This document shows positions 1 through 10,206 of a stretch of DNA of 64,000 bases, in pieces. Position 1 is the first letter of the stretch; every line of letters starts with the position of its first letter. This stretch comes from Planctomycetota bacterium (GTDB lineage Bacteria > Planctomycetota > UBA1135 > UBA2386): NCBI GenBank assembly GCA_965223545.1, contig OZ245006.1:1824001-1888000 (forward strand), read 5' to 3'. The translations under genes were made by a program, and so were the position numbers. The notes beneath the pieces are model-generated. The model saw only the letters and a list, made by a program, of their open reading frames with translations, did not search any database and was not told where the DNA came from.

Positions 1-1
1 C

Positions 2-946
2 TGGACCAAGCCCATCGACCGCGCTTGGCTCGGCGACCCGCGCAACTTCGCGATCCGCACGTGGACCTACGAGCGCGCGCCCACCTACGGCGCGCCGAAG
101 CACGACGAGCACGTGCTGGTCGCGACGCGCGCGACGCCCGACGCCGACGGCCGCGGGGTGCGCCTGCGCGTTCCCGGGCTGCGCGCGGGTCGCGTCGTCG
201 CCTTCCGCGCCGATCCGGTCTCGTCGGACGGCGAACGCGCGTGGTCGACCGAGGCGTGGTACACGCTGCAGCGCCTGCCGCGCGCGGCGGCAACCGTCGC
301 CCGCGTCGACCCGGGGCGTCACGATGCAGACGTGGCCGCCGGACGGGTCCCCGCCGACGCCATCGTGCTGTTCGACGGCGACGACCTCGACCAGTGGCAC
401 ACGCGCGGCGCCCCAGCGCGGTGGAGCATCGCGGATGGCGCCATGCACCCCGACGGCACGGGCCCGATCGAAACGCGGCAGCAGTTCGTCGACTACCAGC
501 TCCACCTCGAGTGGCGCGTGCCGCCCGGCGCCGAGGAGCACGGCCAGGCGCGCGGCAACAGCGGCGTGCTGCTGCACGGCCGCTACGAGGTGCAGATCCT
601 CGACTCGTTCGACAACCCGACCTACGCCGACGGCGGCGCGGCCGCGGTCTACGGCCAGCACCCGCCCGCGGTCAACGCCTGCCGCGCCCCGGGGGAATGG
701 CAGACCTACGACCTCGTGTTCACCGCGCCGCGCTTCGACGACGGCGCGGTGGCGCAGCCCGCGCGGCTGACCGCTTTGCACAACGGCGTCTTGGTGCACG
801 ACGACGTCGCCCTGCTCGGCACGACCGGCCACCGGCGCGCGCCAGCCTACGAGGAGCACGCCCTAGCGGGGCCGATCCGGCTGCAGGACCACGGCGCCCC
901 GGTGCAGTTCCGCAACGTCTGGGTGCGGTCGCTGCCGCCGCCCTGA
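2..946 (+). CDS. DUF1080 (3-keto-disaccharide hydrolase family) domain protein, C-terminal part; 5' end lies outside the window
   Basis: Frame is open from base 2 (WTKPIDRAW...WTYERAPTYG). DUF1080 motifs LFDG, LHLEWRVP, RGNSGV, YEVQILDS, GEWQTYDL, LQDHGAPVQFRNVWV. Confidence 0.85.
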   Translation, partial: WTKPIDRAWLGDPRNFAIRTWTYERAPTYGAPKHDEHVLVATRATPDADGRGVRLRVPGLRAGRVVAFRADPVSSDGERAWSTEAWYTLQRLPRAAATVARVDPGRHDADVAAGRVPADAIVLFDGDDLDQWHTRGAPARWSIADGAMHPDGTGPIETRQQFVDYQLHLEWRVPPGAEEHGQARGNSGVLLHGRYEVQILDSFDNPTYADGGAAAVYGQHPPAVNACRAPGEWQTYDLVFTAPRFDDGAVAQPARLTALHNGVLVHDDVALLGTTGHRRAPAYEEHALAGPIRLQDHGAPVQFRNVWVRSLPPP

Positions 947-951
947 CAGCG

Positions 952-976
952 GAGCCGCGGCGCGGAACCGCGGCTC
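952..976. terminator. GC-rich hairpin (possible terminator or processing site)
   Basis: Perfect 9-bp inverted repeat GAGCCGCGG/CCGCGGCTC just after the stop codon; no U-tract. Confidence 0.35.
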
Positions 977-1015
977 GCATTCGCGCCGGCGATCCGCGAC
1001 GCTCTTGAGCCAACC

Positions 1016-1600
1016 ATGAGGTGGGACGCGCTGATCGCGATGCTGGGTCTGATCGCGCTGGCGATCTGGCTGGTCGCCCGCGACGGCGAGCCACCGCTGC
1101 CGGTGCGCGACGGCGCCGCGACGGTCGAGGTGCGGGTCGGCCAGACGATGCGCGGAGTGCTCGAGCGCGATGTGCGCGACGGCTCGATGCGCGTGCTGTT
1201 TCCGGGCGGGCGTGGCTCGCCCGCGCCGCTCGACGAGGACGCCATGCGCCGGGTGTTCGGCGGCGAAGTCCTCGACACTCTGTTCGACGCGCCACCCAAC
1301 TGGCTGTTCCGCATCCTCAACATCACGTCCTGGCACAGCCTGGCGTGGGTGCTGCTCGGCTTCGTCGGTCAGCTCGCGTTCTTTCTGCGCATGGCCGTGC
1401 AGTGGGTCGCCTCCGAGCGCCGCCGCGACAGCGTGGTGCCGGAGGCGTTCTGGTGGCTGAGCCTCGGCGGCGCCATCGCGCTGTTCACCTACTTCGTCTG
1501 GCGCAAGGAGATCGTCGGCGTGCTCGGGCAAGCCCCCGGCATCGTAGTCTATGCGCGCAATCTGCGCCTGATCCACAAGCGGCGCCGCGCCGGCGCGTGA
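1016..1600 (+). CDS. Lipid A biosynthesis N-terminal domain (LAB_N) membrane protein
   Basis: GFVGQLAFFLRMAVQWVASE...SVVPEAFWWLSLGG...GQAPGIVVYARNL matches the LAB_N signature. Confidence 0.85.
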   Translation: MRWDALIAMLGLIALAIWLVARDGEPPLPVRDGAATVEVRVGQTMRGVLERDVRDGSMRVLFPGGRGSPAPLDEDAMRRVFGGEVLDTLFDAPPNWLFRILNITSWHSLAWVLLGFVGQLAFFLRMAVQWVASERRRDSVVPEAFWWLSLGGAIALFTYFVWRKEIVGVLGQAPGIVVYARNLRLIHKRRRAGA

Positions 1601-1617
1601 CGGGCACAAACGCCCTC

Positions 1618-4335
1618 TCAACGCATCTGCACCCGGGCACCCTGCCGAGCGCCCGCGCGCAGCACGATCTCGCCCGAGCGCCGCTGGCCGTGGACCATGG
1701 CAGTCAGCCGGTAGTTGCCGGCCGGCAGGTCGCGCAGCTCGACCTCTCCGCGGGCGTCGCTCGACAAGTCGTAGCGAACGCCTTGATGCTCGGCGTGCTC
1801 GACGATGACAGCGCAGCGCGCCAGTGGACCGCGGTTGCCGACGAGTTGCGCGAGAAGCGTGCCGGTGACGATCTCGAACGAGTGGGACTCGACATCCTTG
1901 TCGTAGCGAGCCTCCGCCAACACCTCGCCGACTCCGTGGCGGTTGCGGACCACGCGCAGGGCACATCGGCCCCGGTCGACCGGCAGCTCGAAGGTTCCCT
2001 GCGGCGACAGGGTCGCGCGCCGCACCGTCTTCTCCCAACCCTTCCGATCCAAGTACTCGGCCCAACGCGCCGGGGGTTCCTGTTCGAAGTAGGGTCGTAG
2101 ACGCTTCGGCGGGGACGGCGGCAAGCGCTCCAGCTCGACCACCACGTCGCGCGGCACCGCACCGTCGACGGTGACCGAACCGCGCACGACGCTGCCGGTC
2201 CGGTCGCGCAGCTGCAAGTCCAGTAGCTGCAGTCCTGCCTGCACGTCGACGGAATCGGTGACCACGGGACGCCGCTCGCCGGCGTAGCGCACCTCGAGCC
2301 GCCACTTTCCCACGACCAAGTCGCGCAGCTCGCATCGCCCGTGGTCGTCGGCACGCACCTGCACCGACCCCAACATCGCGTTGTCCCGGTGGTGTTCGCG
2401 GATTCTCCCTCCCGGTACGGCGCGCACTTCGAGGCGCTCGGCCGGCGGTGCCTCGCCGTCCAGCAGCTGTACCAGGAGCCGGTTGTGACGCTGCAGGCGG
2501 ATCACAACGCGGCCGTCTGGCCGCGCCCGGTGCACCTCGCAGTAGCCGTAGCCGCGCTCGTGTTCGGCGTGCAGCGAGAAGCCATTGTCCCAAAACCCGA
2601 ACACCGACAACACGCCATCTTCTGCGGTCCGGCCGAGGGTCACCGGATCGCGCGATAGCCGAGACCACAGCCGCTGTCCGTCGTCTTTGCCGTCGCGCGG
2701 CACGGCGCGCACGCGCGCTCCCTCCACGGCCGCACCCGCGGCATCGACGACGAGCACGTCCATCGTGAACTGCGGCAAGAGCTCCACCCGTTCGCTTCCC
2801 CACGCGCCGGTGTTCAGGAGAGCCGGCGCATATCCCGGCGCGGTGACCAGAACCCGCACCATCGCGGGTGGGAGCCCATCGGCCACGAACTTCCCCGGCC
2901 GCTGCTCCCGCGGCTGCAGCGCGGCCGGCAGCCCGGGAACCTGCACGCCCAACGCCGGCTTCCTCGGCCCAGCGTCGGGTTCCGGGTCGGGCGGCAACAG
3001 CCGCACCGCGAGGTCGCGCGGCACCTCGCCCCCCACCCCGGTGACGATGACCGTGAGCTTGCTGAGCTCACGAAGCTCCGCGTGGAAACCACTCTTTGCC
3101 GGCCTGGCACGCACCAGCTCCCACGGCCAGTCGGAGTGCCTGCGGACGGACAACAACCCCTCACTGCGTTCCAGGCCGGAGCTCGACAAGTAGACCGTTG
3201 AGTTGACGGTGCGTCGCGGCGGCGCGACAGCCGTGGGGACATCGGTCTGCAGCACCCGCTGCTCGCCGCCGGCCAGCACGACGTCGACGTCCACCGGAAC
3301 GCCGCTTGCGTCGAAGAAGGTCACCGCGGCCGACGCCTCGGTGTCGACCCCGACGTCGACATCGAGCACCCGCTCGCCACCGGCGTGCACGACCACATCC
3401 CGCCAGAGATCGGTGCCGTCCTCGGTCTGCAACAACAACCGCACCGCGCCCGCACGCACGAACGGCAACGCAAAGAACCCGCGCGCGTCGGTCTCCCCTC
3501 GGGGAAACGGCGTCACCGCGCTGCGCCGCAACAACCAAGCCGGCGTCCGGGCCACACCGGCCGCCGTCAGCAGGCGGCGGCGATGCGTGATCCCCTCGGC
3601 GCCGGCAGTGACCGCGTCGAGTGCGCCCTCGGTCGCCGGCCCAAGCTGCAGGGCGGCGTCGTAGGCGACCACGCGTACACGGGCCAGGAGGCGACCGGCG
3701 CGGTGCACCGTTCCTCGTAGCGCGCCGCGCGGCTCGAGGGCGATCGTCCCGAGCTCCACGGTCTGTCCCTCCCACGCCGCGTGCGCCAGCGCCACCAAGT
3801 CCTGCCAGGGTCCATCCCCGTCGATGACCAGCAGTAAGTCACGGCGTTCGGCGACGAACGGGATCTCGAAATAGCCCAGCGCGTTGGTCGTCCCGCGCCA
3901 CTCGAGCAGCGTGGGGTCGCCGTCACGGCCGCCCGCGGTATCCTCACCACTTGGCGGCAGCGCCCGGTCCAACCACGCAGGCGAGAGCCGCAAGGGCAGG
4001 TGGGCCAACGGCTGCAAGCCGACGCGCGAGACCAGCTGCCCACGGTAGGCCGGCCGCGCTTCATTGGGCGCCGAGTGATCGGCGTGGGTGCCGCCGCCAT
4101 CCAACCAATCGACCACCACACCGCGCACGCGGCGGCGTGGCCCGGCCGTCGCCTGGGCCGCGAACTCGGTGGTGGAACCTTCTACGGCGTCATCCGTCGC
4201 GATCGCTTGGCGCGCGGGGCCGCGGGACGGGGCCGCACCGTGACCTGCCATCATGGCCGCGACCACCAAGCCGAGGCCGATGACGACCACGAGAGCGATC
4301 CCAGCTTGCCCTGGCGTTGCCCGCACGGGTGGCAT
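1618..4335 (-). CDS. Membrane-anchored protein with multiple carboxypeptidase-regulatory-like (transthyretin/Ig-like) beta domains
   Basis: N-terminal hydrophobic helix (GIALVVVIGLGLVVAAMM); repeated TD..G.F motifs, VTAPGYAP, LRDLPAGNYRL. Start chosen at ATG 4335. Confidence 0.65.
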   Translation of the reverse strand: MPPVRATPGQAGIALVVVIGLGLVVAAMMAGHGAAPSRGPARQAIATDDAVEGSTTEFAAQATAGPRRRVRGVVVDWLDGGGTHADHSAPNEARPAYRGQLVSRVGLQPLAHLPLRLSPAWLDRALPPSGEDTAGGRDGDPTLLEWRGTTNALGYFEIPFVAERRDLLLVIDGDGPWQDLVALAHAAWEGQTVELGTIALEPRGALRGTVHRAGRLLARVRVVAYDAALQLGPATEGALDAVTAGAEGITHRRRLLTAAGVARTPAWLLRRSAVTPFPRGETDARGFFALPFVRAGAVRLLLQTEDGTDLWRDVVVHAGGERVLDVDVGVDTEASAAVTFFDASGVPVDVDVVLAGGEQRVLQTDVPTAVAPPRRTVNSTVYLSSSGLERSEGLLSVRRHSDWPWELVRARPAKSGFHAELRELSKLTVIVTGVGGEVPRDLAVRLLPPDPEPDAGPRKPALGVQVPGLPAALQPREQRPGKFVADGLPPAMVRVLVTAPGYAPALLNTGAWGSERVELLPQFTMDVLVVDAAGAAVEGARVRAVPRDGKDDGQRLWSRLSRDPVTLGRTAEDGVLSVFGFWDNGFSLHAEHERGYGYCEVHRARPDGRVVIRLQRHNRLLVQLLDGEAPPAERLEVRAVPGGRIREHHRDNAMLGSVQVRADDHGRCELRDLVVGKWRLEVRYAGERRPVVTDSVDVQAGLQLLDLQLRDRTGSVVRGSVTVDGAVPRDVVVELERLPPSPPKRLRPYFEQEPPARWAEYLDRKGWEKTVRRATLSPQGTFELPVDRGRCALRVVRNRHGVGEVLAEARYDKDVESHSFEIVTGTLLAQLVGNRGPLARCAVIVEHAEHQGVRYDLSSDARGEVELRDLPAGNYRLTAMVHGQRRSGEIVLRAGARQGARVQMR

Positions 4336-4438
4336 TGTAGCAAGTCCACGCCCACTCAATTCCAGCGGCACGGAGTGCCGACAATATCGACACCGGGCCT
4401 CGCACGGGGCGCCGCGCAAAGAGCCTCCTTCCCCAACC

Positions 4439-6256
4439 GTGTCCCCGCCCACCGCGCCCGTCGTTCCGCCCGAGCCCGCCGGCCCCGGTCCCGGCGGCCG
4501 CGCGTTCTGGTGGCCGCTGCTCGCCGTGCTGGTGTCGGTGGCGGTCTACCTGCCAGCGCTCGCCAACGATTTCACCTACGACGACCGCCACGTGGCGATG
4601 GGGCAAGACGGCGCCCGCACCAATCCGATGGTCGCGGAGCTGCAGCCCTTGGGGGAGTACTTCGGCTCGCACTACTGGCGCGGGAGCGCCGAACAAAGCC
4701 GGCTCTACCGTCCGGTCACCGTGCTCAGCTTCGCGTTGCGGCACTACTGGTGCGGCGACAACGCCGTGGTGGCGCACGCGATCAATCTCGTCCTGCACGG
4801 CTTGGCGACGCTGTTGGTGTACTGGCTGCTGCGCGGGCTGCGCGCGCAGCCACCCTTGGCCGCGCTCGGCGCGCTGTGCTTCGGGGTGCACGCGATCCAC
4901 AGCGAGGTCGTCGCCAACGTCGCCGGCCGCGCCGAGCTGCTGGCGTTCTGCGGCGGGGCCACCGCGCTGCTGCTGCTCTGCTGGGCGCGCGAGCAGCTCG
5001 GCGCCGCCCGCATCCTCGGCTGGGGTGCCGCCGCGCTGGCGCTGTTCATGGCGCTCGGCGGCAAGGAAAGCGCACTCGCGTGGGTACCGTTCGCCGCGTG
5101 CTACGGCCTGGCGCGGTGGTGCAGCAACCGCCACCGTCGCTGGTGGCTGTCGCCGATCGCGCTCGCCGAGGCTGCGGCGCTTTCGCTCCCGGTGATCGTC
5201 TACCTCTGGCTGCGCACCGCCGCGCTCGATTTCGACCTGCCGGCGGACGCCGCCTGGGCGCCCGACCACATCCACAACCCGCTGTTCGACACGGAGCCGC
5301 TGGTCCGCATCCTCGGCGCGTGCGCGGTGTGGGCGTTCGGCCTGCTGACGACGCTGTTGCCGCTGTGGTTGTCGGCCGATTGGGGCACCGCGGTGCTGCC
5401 GCTGCCCGACTCGCTGCGCGACCCCAGTCTCGCGCTGGGCTTGCTCGGCGGTGCCGTGCTCGCCCTCGTCGGCTGGATCGGGGTGGCGCAAGCGATGCGC
5501 CGGCCCGGCTTGCTGGCGGCGGCGGCGTGCTTCTTGGGCTTCGGCTTCATGACCAGCAATCTGGCGCTGCCGATCGGCACGCTGTACGCAGAACGGCTGT
5601 ACTACGCACCGAGCGCGGCGGTCGCGTTCGTCGTGGTCGCGCTGGCGCCGGCGGCCCGGCCGGGCGGCGCGCCGCGGGCGTTGTGGCCGGTGATGCTGCT
5701 CGGCGCTTGGCTCGGCGCCAACGCGTTGATCCTGACGCAGCGCACGCGCGTGTTCCGCGACAACGAGACGCTGATCCTGCACGAGGCACTGCACCAGCCG
5801 CGATCGGTGCAGATGCGCTTTCAGGCGGGTCTCCTGCTGGCGCAGCGCGGCGAAGTCGTGCACGCGATCGAACACCTGTCCGCCGCGGTCTACCACGATC
5901 CCGGCCACGTCGCCGCGCGTGCCGCACTGGGTGACCTGCAGGCGGAGATCGGCGACGAGGACGCCGCGGTGATGAGCTGGTCGGCGGCACTGCACGGCCG
6001 CCAGCGCGAGCGCGACGCGCACGAGCCGCAGCTGCGCGCCCGGTTGGCACAGGCCTACGCCGGCCGCGGCCACTACCGCGAGGCGCTGAGCGAGCTCGCC
6101 GCGAGCTTCCTCGCGGCGCCGGCCTGGTGTCGCCAGCAGCCCCACTTGGCAGCGTTGGCGGCCGAGATCGCCAAGAGCGACGAGCTGCCGCCGCCGCTGC
6201 TGCGCGAGGCCGAGCGGCTGGCCACCGACCTCGCGCCGAGCCAGCCACCGCGCTGA
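4439..6256 (+). CDS. TMTC-like GT-C membrane glycosyltransferase (DUF1736-like) with C-terminal TPRs
   Basis: NDFTYDDR, LYRPVTVLSF, HAINLVLH, HAIHSEVVANVAGRAELL, GKESAL, LSADW, AERLYYAPS motifs; about 11 TM helices followed by TPR-like helices. Start uncertain (GTG 4439). Confidence 0.85.
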   Translation: MSPPTAPVVPPEPAGPGPGGRAFWWPLLAVLVSVAVYLPALANDFTYDDRHVAMGQDGARTNPMVAELQPLGEYFGSHYWRGSAEQSRLYRPVTVLSFALRHYWCGDNAVVAHAINLVLHGLATLLVYWLLRGLRAQPPLAALGALCFGVHAIHSEVVANVAGRAELLAFCGGATALLLLCWAREQLGAARILGWGAAALALFMALGGKESALAWVPFAACYGLARWCSNRHRRWWLSPIALAEAAALSLPVIVYLWLRTAALDFDLPADAAWAPDHIHNPLFDTEPLVRILGACAVWAFGLLTTLLPLWLSADWGTAVLPLPDSLRDPSLALGLLGGAVLALVGWIGVAQAMRRPGLLAAAACFLGFGFMTSNLALPIGTLYAERLYYAPSAAVAFVVVALAPAARPGGAPRALWPVMLLGAWLGANALILTQRTRVFRDNETLILHEALHQPRSVQMRFQAGLLLAQRGEVVHAIEHLSAAVYHDPGHVAARAALGDLQAEIGDEDAAVMSWSAALHGRQRERDAHEPQLRARLAQAYAGRGHYREALSELAASFLAAPAWCRQQPHLAALAAEIAKSDELPPPLLREAERLATDLAPSQPPR

Positions 6257-6313
6257 TTCGCATCGGCGACGGGCGTTCGCGGCAGCATCGCTTAGACTCC
6301 GGTGCTCGCACGC

Positions 6314-7708
6314 ATGCGCACCATGCTGAGGAACACGGGCCGCGCCGTCGTCTGCCTGCTCGCCCTCTACGGCGGAGTCCACCTCACCAGCACGCTGTGT
6401 CTCGGGTGGAGTCGGCTGCCGCGTTCGGGCGAACCCTGGTCGGTCGCCGGCGCGCTGGCGCCGGAGCAAGAGCGCGTGGTCAGCGCGCTGGCGCGGATCC
6501 TCAGCGAGGACGGCGTCGGCGAGGCCGGACGCTGGGCGCAGGCCATCGTGCGCGCGGCACCGACCACCGACCTCGGCTACGTCGCGCTGGTCGCCGCCCA
6601 GATCCGGCGCGAGTCGCACTTCCTCGCCGCCGATCTCGAGTGGCTGTTCCGCCAGCTGGTGCCGGACCTCGCGCACGAGCTCGGGATGCCCGATCCGATC
6701 AACACGATCGGACCGATGCAGGTGCAGCGCTGGACTTTGGGCGATGTGTTCACGCGCGCGCTGGGCCGCCGCGTCACGGCGCACGAGGTCAAAGGCCTCG
6801 CCGCCGACGTCGAGGTGGGCGTCGCCGCCTGCGTGGCCGTGCTGGATGCCATCGTCGCCGACCACATCCCCGACCGGACGCCTCGGGGTTGGGCGACGTC
6901 GTCCGGACCGACCGGGATGGAGGCGCCGGAAGAACGGGTCTTGGCGCGCGACTGGCTCGGTGCGTTGCCGGCGGAGCGGCCGCGGCTGGCTGTGCTGCAG
7001 AAGCTGCTGTCCGATCTGACGCGGACTCCGCTGGCGCTCGACGGCGTCATCGGCGAAGAGACGCGCCGCGCGGCCCACGCCGTGGCCGCGCGGCTCGACG
7101 GCGAGGACCGCGCCCGCTTGCTCGTCGAGCCGCTCGACGGCGGTTGGGTCTCGGCCACCGTGCACTCGCTTTGGGAGCACGAGCACGGCGTCCGCGCGCC
7201 GCGGTCGATCACGCCGCGGCTCGCGCACGACCCGCGCGTCGCGTTCGTGTTCGCCGATTTCAACACCGGCCGCGGCGCTTGCCGGACGGCGGCCCTGCAG
7301 TACTTGATGCGCGATGTCCTGGCCGTCGACCTCGCCGTCGACGGCAAGCGCGGCCCGAAGACCGAGGCGGCGATGCGCCGGTTGTTCGCCGAGTTCGAGC
7401 CCGACGCGAGGCGGCGCGACGACTTCCTGGCGCTCGTCGACTTGGGCCACAAGCGTGCGTGGGTGAGCGAGCAAGCGTTCGCGATCGCGGCAGGTCTGTG
7501 GCGGACGCGACGGGGTGCGGAGCCACCCTCGCGCTTGATCCCCGACCTCTGGCACGACGGGATGGCCCAGCAGATCAAGGGAATCGGTCGCGTCTCGGTC
7601 GAGGGCTACGTCGCCGGTTCGACCGCCGTGTTCGAGGATTACTTGGCGCGTCTGTTCACCTACACCGGCACTGCGATCGGCGCGGCGGCCGGTGCGAGGA
7701 ACCCTTGA
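6314..7708 (+). CDS. DUF1615 (YaiW-like) family protein with lysozyme/SLT-like motifs and peptidoglycan-binding-like segments
   Basis: AQIRRESHF, PINTIGPMQV, FADFNTGRGACRTAALQ; LDGVIGEETRRA and VDGKRGPKTEAAMR resemble PG_binding_1. Confidence 0.65.
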   Translation: MRTMLRNTGRAVVCLLALYGGVHLTSTLCLGWSRLPRSGEPWSVAGALAPEQERVVSALARILSEDGVGEAGRWAQAIVRAAPTTDLGYVALVAAQIRRESHFLAADLEWLFRQLVPDLAHELGMPDPINTIGPMQVQRWTLGDVFTRALGRRVTAHEVKGLAADVEVGVAACVAVLDAIVADHIPDRTPRGWATSSGPTGMEAPEERVLARDWLGALPAERPRLAVLQKLLSDLTRTPLALDGVIGEETRRAAHAVAARLDGEDRARLLVEPLDGGWVSATVHSLWEHEHGVRAPRSITPRLAHDPRVAFVFADFNTGRGACRTAALQYLMRDVLAVDLAVDGKRGPKTEAAMRRLFAEFEPDARRRDDFLALVDLGHKRAWVSEQAFAIAAGLWRTRRGAEPPSRLIPDLWHDGMAQQIKGIGRVSVEGYVAGSTAVFEDYLARLFTYTGTAIGAAAGARNP

Positions 7709-8856
7709 AGCACGTCGCGCCGCGCCCCACCCTGCGGCGACGCCTCGCGCTATCCGCGATGGCGTCGATCGCCGCGTTGATCACGGCCGCGATCGGCTTC
7801 GAGCTGTTCTACAAGCCGCGGGAGGTGCGGGTCGGTTGGCGGTCGCAGTGCGACGATCTGGAGCGCAACCAGCTCGGGATGCGCGGCCAAACGATCGAGG
7901 TCGTCGACGGCGAGCGGCGCGTGGTGTTGGTCGGGGACTCGCAGGTGCAGGCCAACGGCTGCGCGTTTGGTTGGATGCCCGAGCGCCGGCTGCAGCTGCA
8001 TCTGCGCAAGCGCGGCGTTGCCGCGCGGGTGTTCTCGCTCGGCGCCGGTGGCTGGGGCCAGGACCAGCAGCTGCTCGTCCTGCGCGAGTACTTCGCCCGG
8101 TTCGACGCGGCGCTGGTGCTGCTGTGGTTCACGCCGGAGAACGACGTCTGGAACAACACGTTTCCCACGCACTGGCCGGTCGATGGCACGCCGAAGCCGA
8201 CGTTCTGGCTGGCGGGCGACGCGCTGCTGGGGCCGCACCAGCCGATGGGCGTCGCGGACGCCGAGGGCGAATGGCGGCTGTGGACCTTCGTCCGCCGCCA
8301 TGTGCTGCCGCGCGGCGAAGACGAGGCGTGGGCCGCGCGCCACCTGCCGCCGGCCTACCAGCCACTCGTCGCGTGGTCGGGTCCGGTGGCGCGCGATTGG
8401 CAAGAGCGTTGGCAGGCCGATGAGCACGGCTTTCGGGCCGAGGACTTCGGCCTCGAGAAGACCCATTTCCAGCTGAGGTTGCAGCCGCCCAGCCCGCGCA
8501 CGCGCTATTCGCTGCGCCTCACCGGCCGGCTGCTGGCGGCGATCCGCGACCTCTGCGACGCGCACGGCGCCGACTTCTCCGTGTTTCGCGCACTCACCCC
8601 GCAGGGACCGGCCGGCATCTCCGAAGAAGTCCAGCAGCTGCACGGTCGCCACTACCGGGTCAGCGGTCCGCAACAGGAAGCGCTGGTCGACGCGCTGCTC
8701 GAGCCGTTCGCGCCGCTCGGCATCGAGGTGACCACCCGACCGTTCGAAATGGGGCCGGGCGATGCGCACCTGAACCAGCACTCGGTCGACCAGCTCATGC
8801 GCGACCTCGCTCCGCACGTCGCGGCGCGGCTGCGGGCACGCCGCGGCCGTCAGTGA
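7705..8856 (+). CDS. Membrane-anchored SGNH/GDSL hydrolase or O-acyltransferase
   Basis: TTG start overlapping the upstream TGA; N-terminal TM helix; blocks VGDSQV, GAGGWGQDQ, ENDVWN, DAHLN. Confidence 0.75.
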   Translation: MKHVAPRPTLRRRLALSAMASIAALITAAIGFELFYKPREVRVGWRSQCDDLERNQLGMRGQTIEVVDGERRVVLVGDSQVQANGCAFGWMPERRLQLHLRKRGVAARVFSLGAGGWGQDQQLLVLREYFARFDAALVLLWFTPENDVWNNTFPTHWPVDGTPKPTFWLAGDALLGPHQPMGVADAEGEWRLWTFVRRHVLPRGEDEAWAARHLPPAYQPLVAWSGPVARDWQERWQADEHGFRAEDFGLEKTHFQLRLQPPSPRTRYSLRLTGRLLAAIRDLCDAHGADFSVFRALTPQGPAGISEEVQQLHGRHYRVSGPQQEALVDALLEPFAPLGIEVTTRPFEMGPGDAHLNQHSVDQLMRDLAPHVAARLRARRGRQ

Positions 8857-10172
8857 TGCATCGGAGCCTGGCTCCGTACGTTCGCTTGGGCACGGTGTTC
8901 GTCGACGCCGACGAGCAGCCAGGCGCCGACCCCGAAGAGGAGGAGGAGCGGGACGAAGGCCCAGCGCGGCTCTTCGGAGACCGTGCGCACGATGGCGAAG
9001 CAGAGGGGGCCGAGCCAGACGGTGGCCTTGCCGGACAGGGCGTAGAGGCCGTAGGCCTCTGCCGCGCGCCGCGGGTCGATCATGCGGGCCAGCAGGGTGC
9101 GGCTGGCGGCCTGGTTGGGGCCGGTGCCGAGGCCGACGAGGATGGCGGCGACGGCGAACACCTCGCGCCGCGTCGACAGCACCGCCAGCAGGCAGCCGGC
9201 GATCAGCAGGCCGAGGCTGACGGCGACGGCGAACTTGGCGCCGCGGGCGTCGTCGACGTGGCCGAAGAACACCGAGCCCAGGCCGGCGACCACGTTGAGG
9301 CCGATGCCCCACACCAGGATCTCCGCTGGCGCCATGCCCAGGTTGGACGCCATGTAGAGCCCCGACAGCTGGATCAGGGCGATCAGGGCATCGTTGTAGA
9401 ACAGCCGCGCCACCAAGAAGCGCAGTAAGTCCGGCTGCGCCGAGAGGGAGCGGACGGCGACCCAGGTCGCGCGCAGCACCGAGGCCGGCCGCTCGCCAGT
9501 GGCTGGCTGCGGTGCCGGCTCGCGCACCCACAGGAACAGGGGCAGGCCGAACACCGCAAACCAGGCCGCCACCACGAGGTTGGTCGCGCGCAGGTGCACG
9601 TCCCCCTCGGTCGGCAGCCACGGACCACTGCCGAAGCCGGCCACGCACCCCAGGCACAGCGCTAGACACAGCAGCCCGCCGGCGTAGCCCGCGCCCCAGC
9701 CGTAGCCCGACAACCGGCCGAGGGCGGAGCCGGCGACGAGGCTGGGGAGGAGCGCGTTGTAGAACACGAACATCACCTCGAACGCGACCACCGCGATCGC
9801 GACGAGGACCACGGCGGCGACCAACGCAGCCGTGGTCGCGGTGCCGAGCACGGGATCGACGCTGGGCCAGAACAGCGCCGCGGTGGCGGCGACGGTGATC
9901 GCCGAGGCGACCATGGTGTAGCGCAGCTTGTGCGCACTCCGGTCGGCGGCGACGCCGAGGAACGGTGACAGCAGCGCGACGCACAGGCCGGCGCCCGCCA
10001 TGACGAAGCCCCACAGAGCCTCCCCGCGCTGCGCGTCGCCGACCAGCCGCCGGGCGAAGAACTGCGCGTAGACGAACGTCACCACCACGGTGTTGAAACC
10101 GCTGTTGGCGAAGTCGAACAAGCACCACGCGAAGCGCGCGCGCGCGGGCGAGGGCACGGCGGGATCCGTCAC
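8850..10172 (-). CDS. MFS transporter, UMF1/Atg22-like family
   Basis: WCLFDFANS, SPFLGVAAD, FYNALLP, GRLSGYGWGAGYAGG, GPNQAASRTLL, YGLYALSGKAT; about 12 TM helices. Confidence 0.9.
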   Translation of the reverse strand: MTDPAVPSPARARFAWCLFDFANSGFNTVVVTFVYAQFFARRLVGDAQRGEALWGFVMAGAGLCVALLSPFLGVAADRSAHKLRYTMVASAITVAATAALFWPSVDPVLGTATTAALVAAVVLVAIAVVAFEVMFVFYNALLPSLVAGSALGRLSGYGWGAGYAGGLLCLALCLGCVAGFGSGPWLPTEGDVHLRATNLVVAAWFAVFGLPLFLWVREPAPQPATGERPASVLRATWVAVRSLSAQPDLLRFLVARLFYNDALIALIQLSGLYMASNLGMAPAEILVWGIGLNVVAGLGSVFFGHVDDARGAKFAVAVSLGLLIAGCLLAVLSTRREVFAVAAILVGLGTGPNQAASRTLLARMIDPRRAAEAYGLYALSGKATVWLGPLCFAIVRTVSEEPRWAFVPLLLLFGVGAWLLVGVDEHRAQANVRSQAPMHH

Positions 10173-10206
10173 CGGCGCGTCCGTCGTCCGCCGGCGGACG
10201 TGAAAC

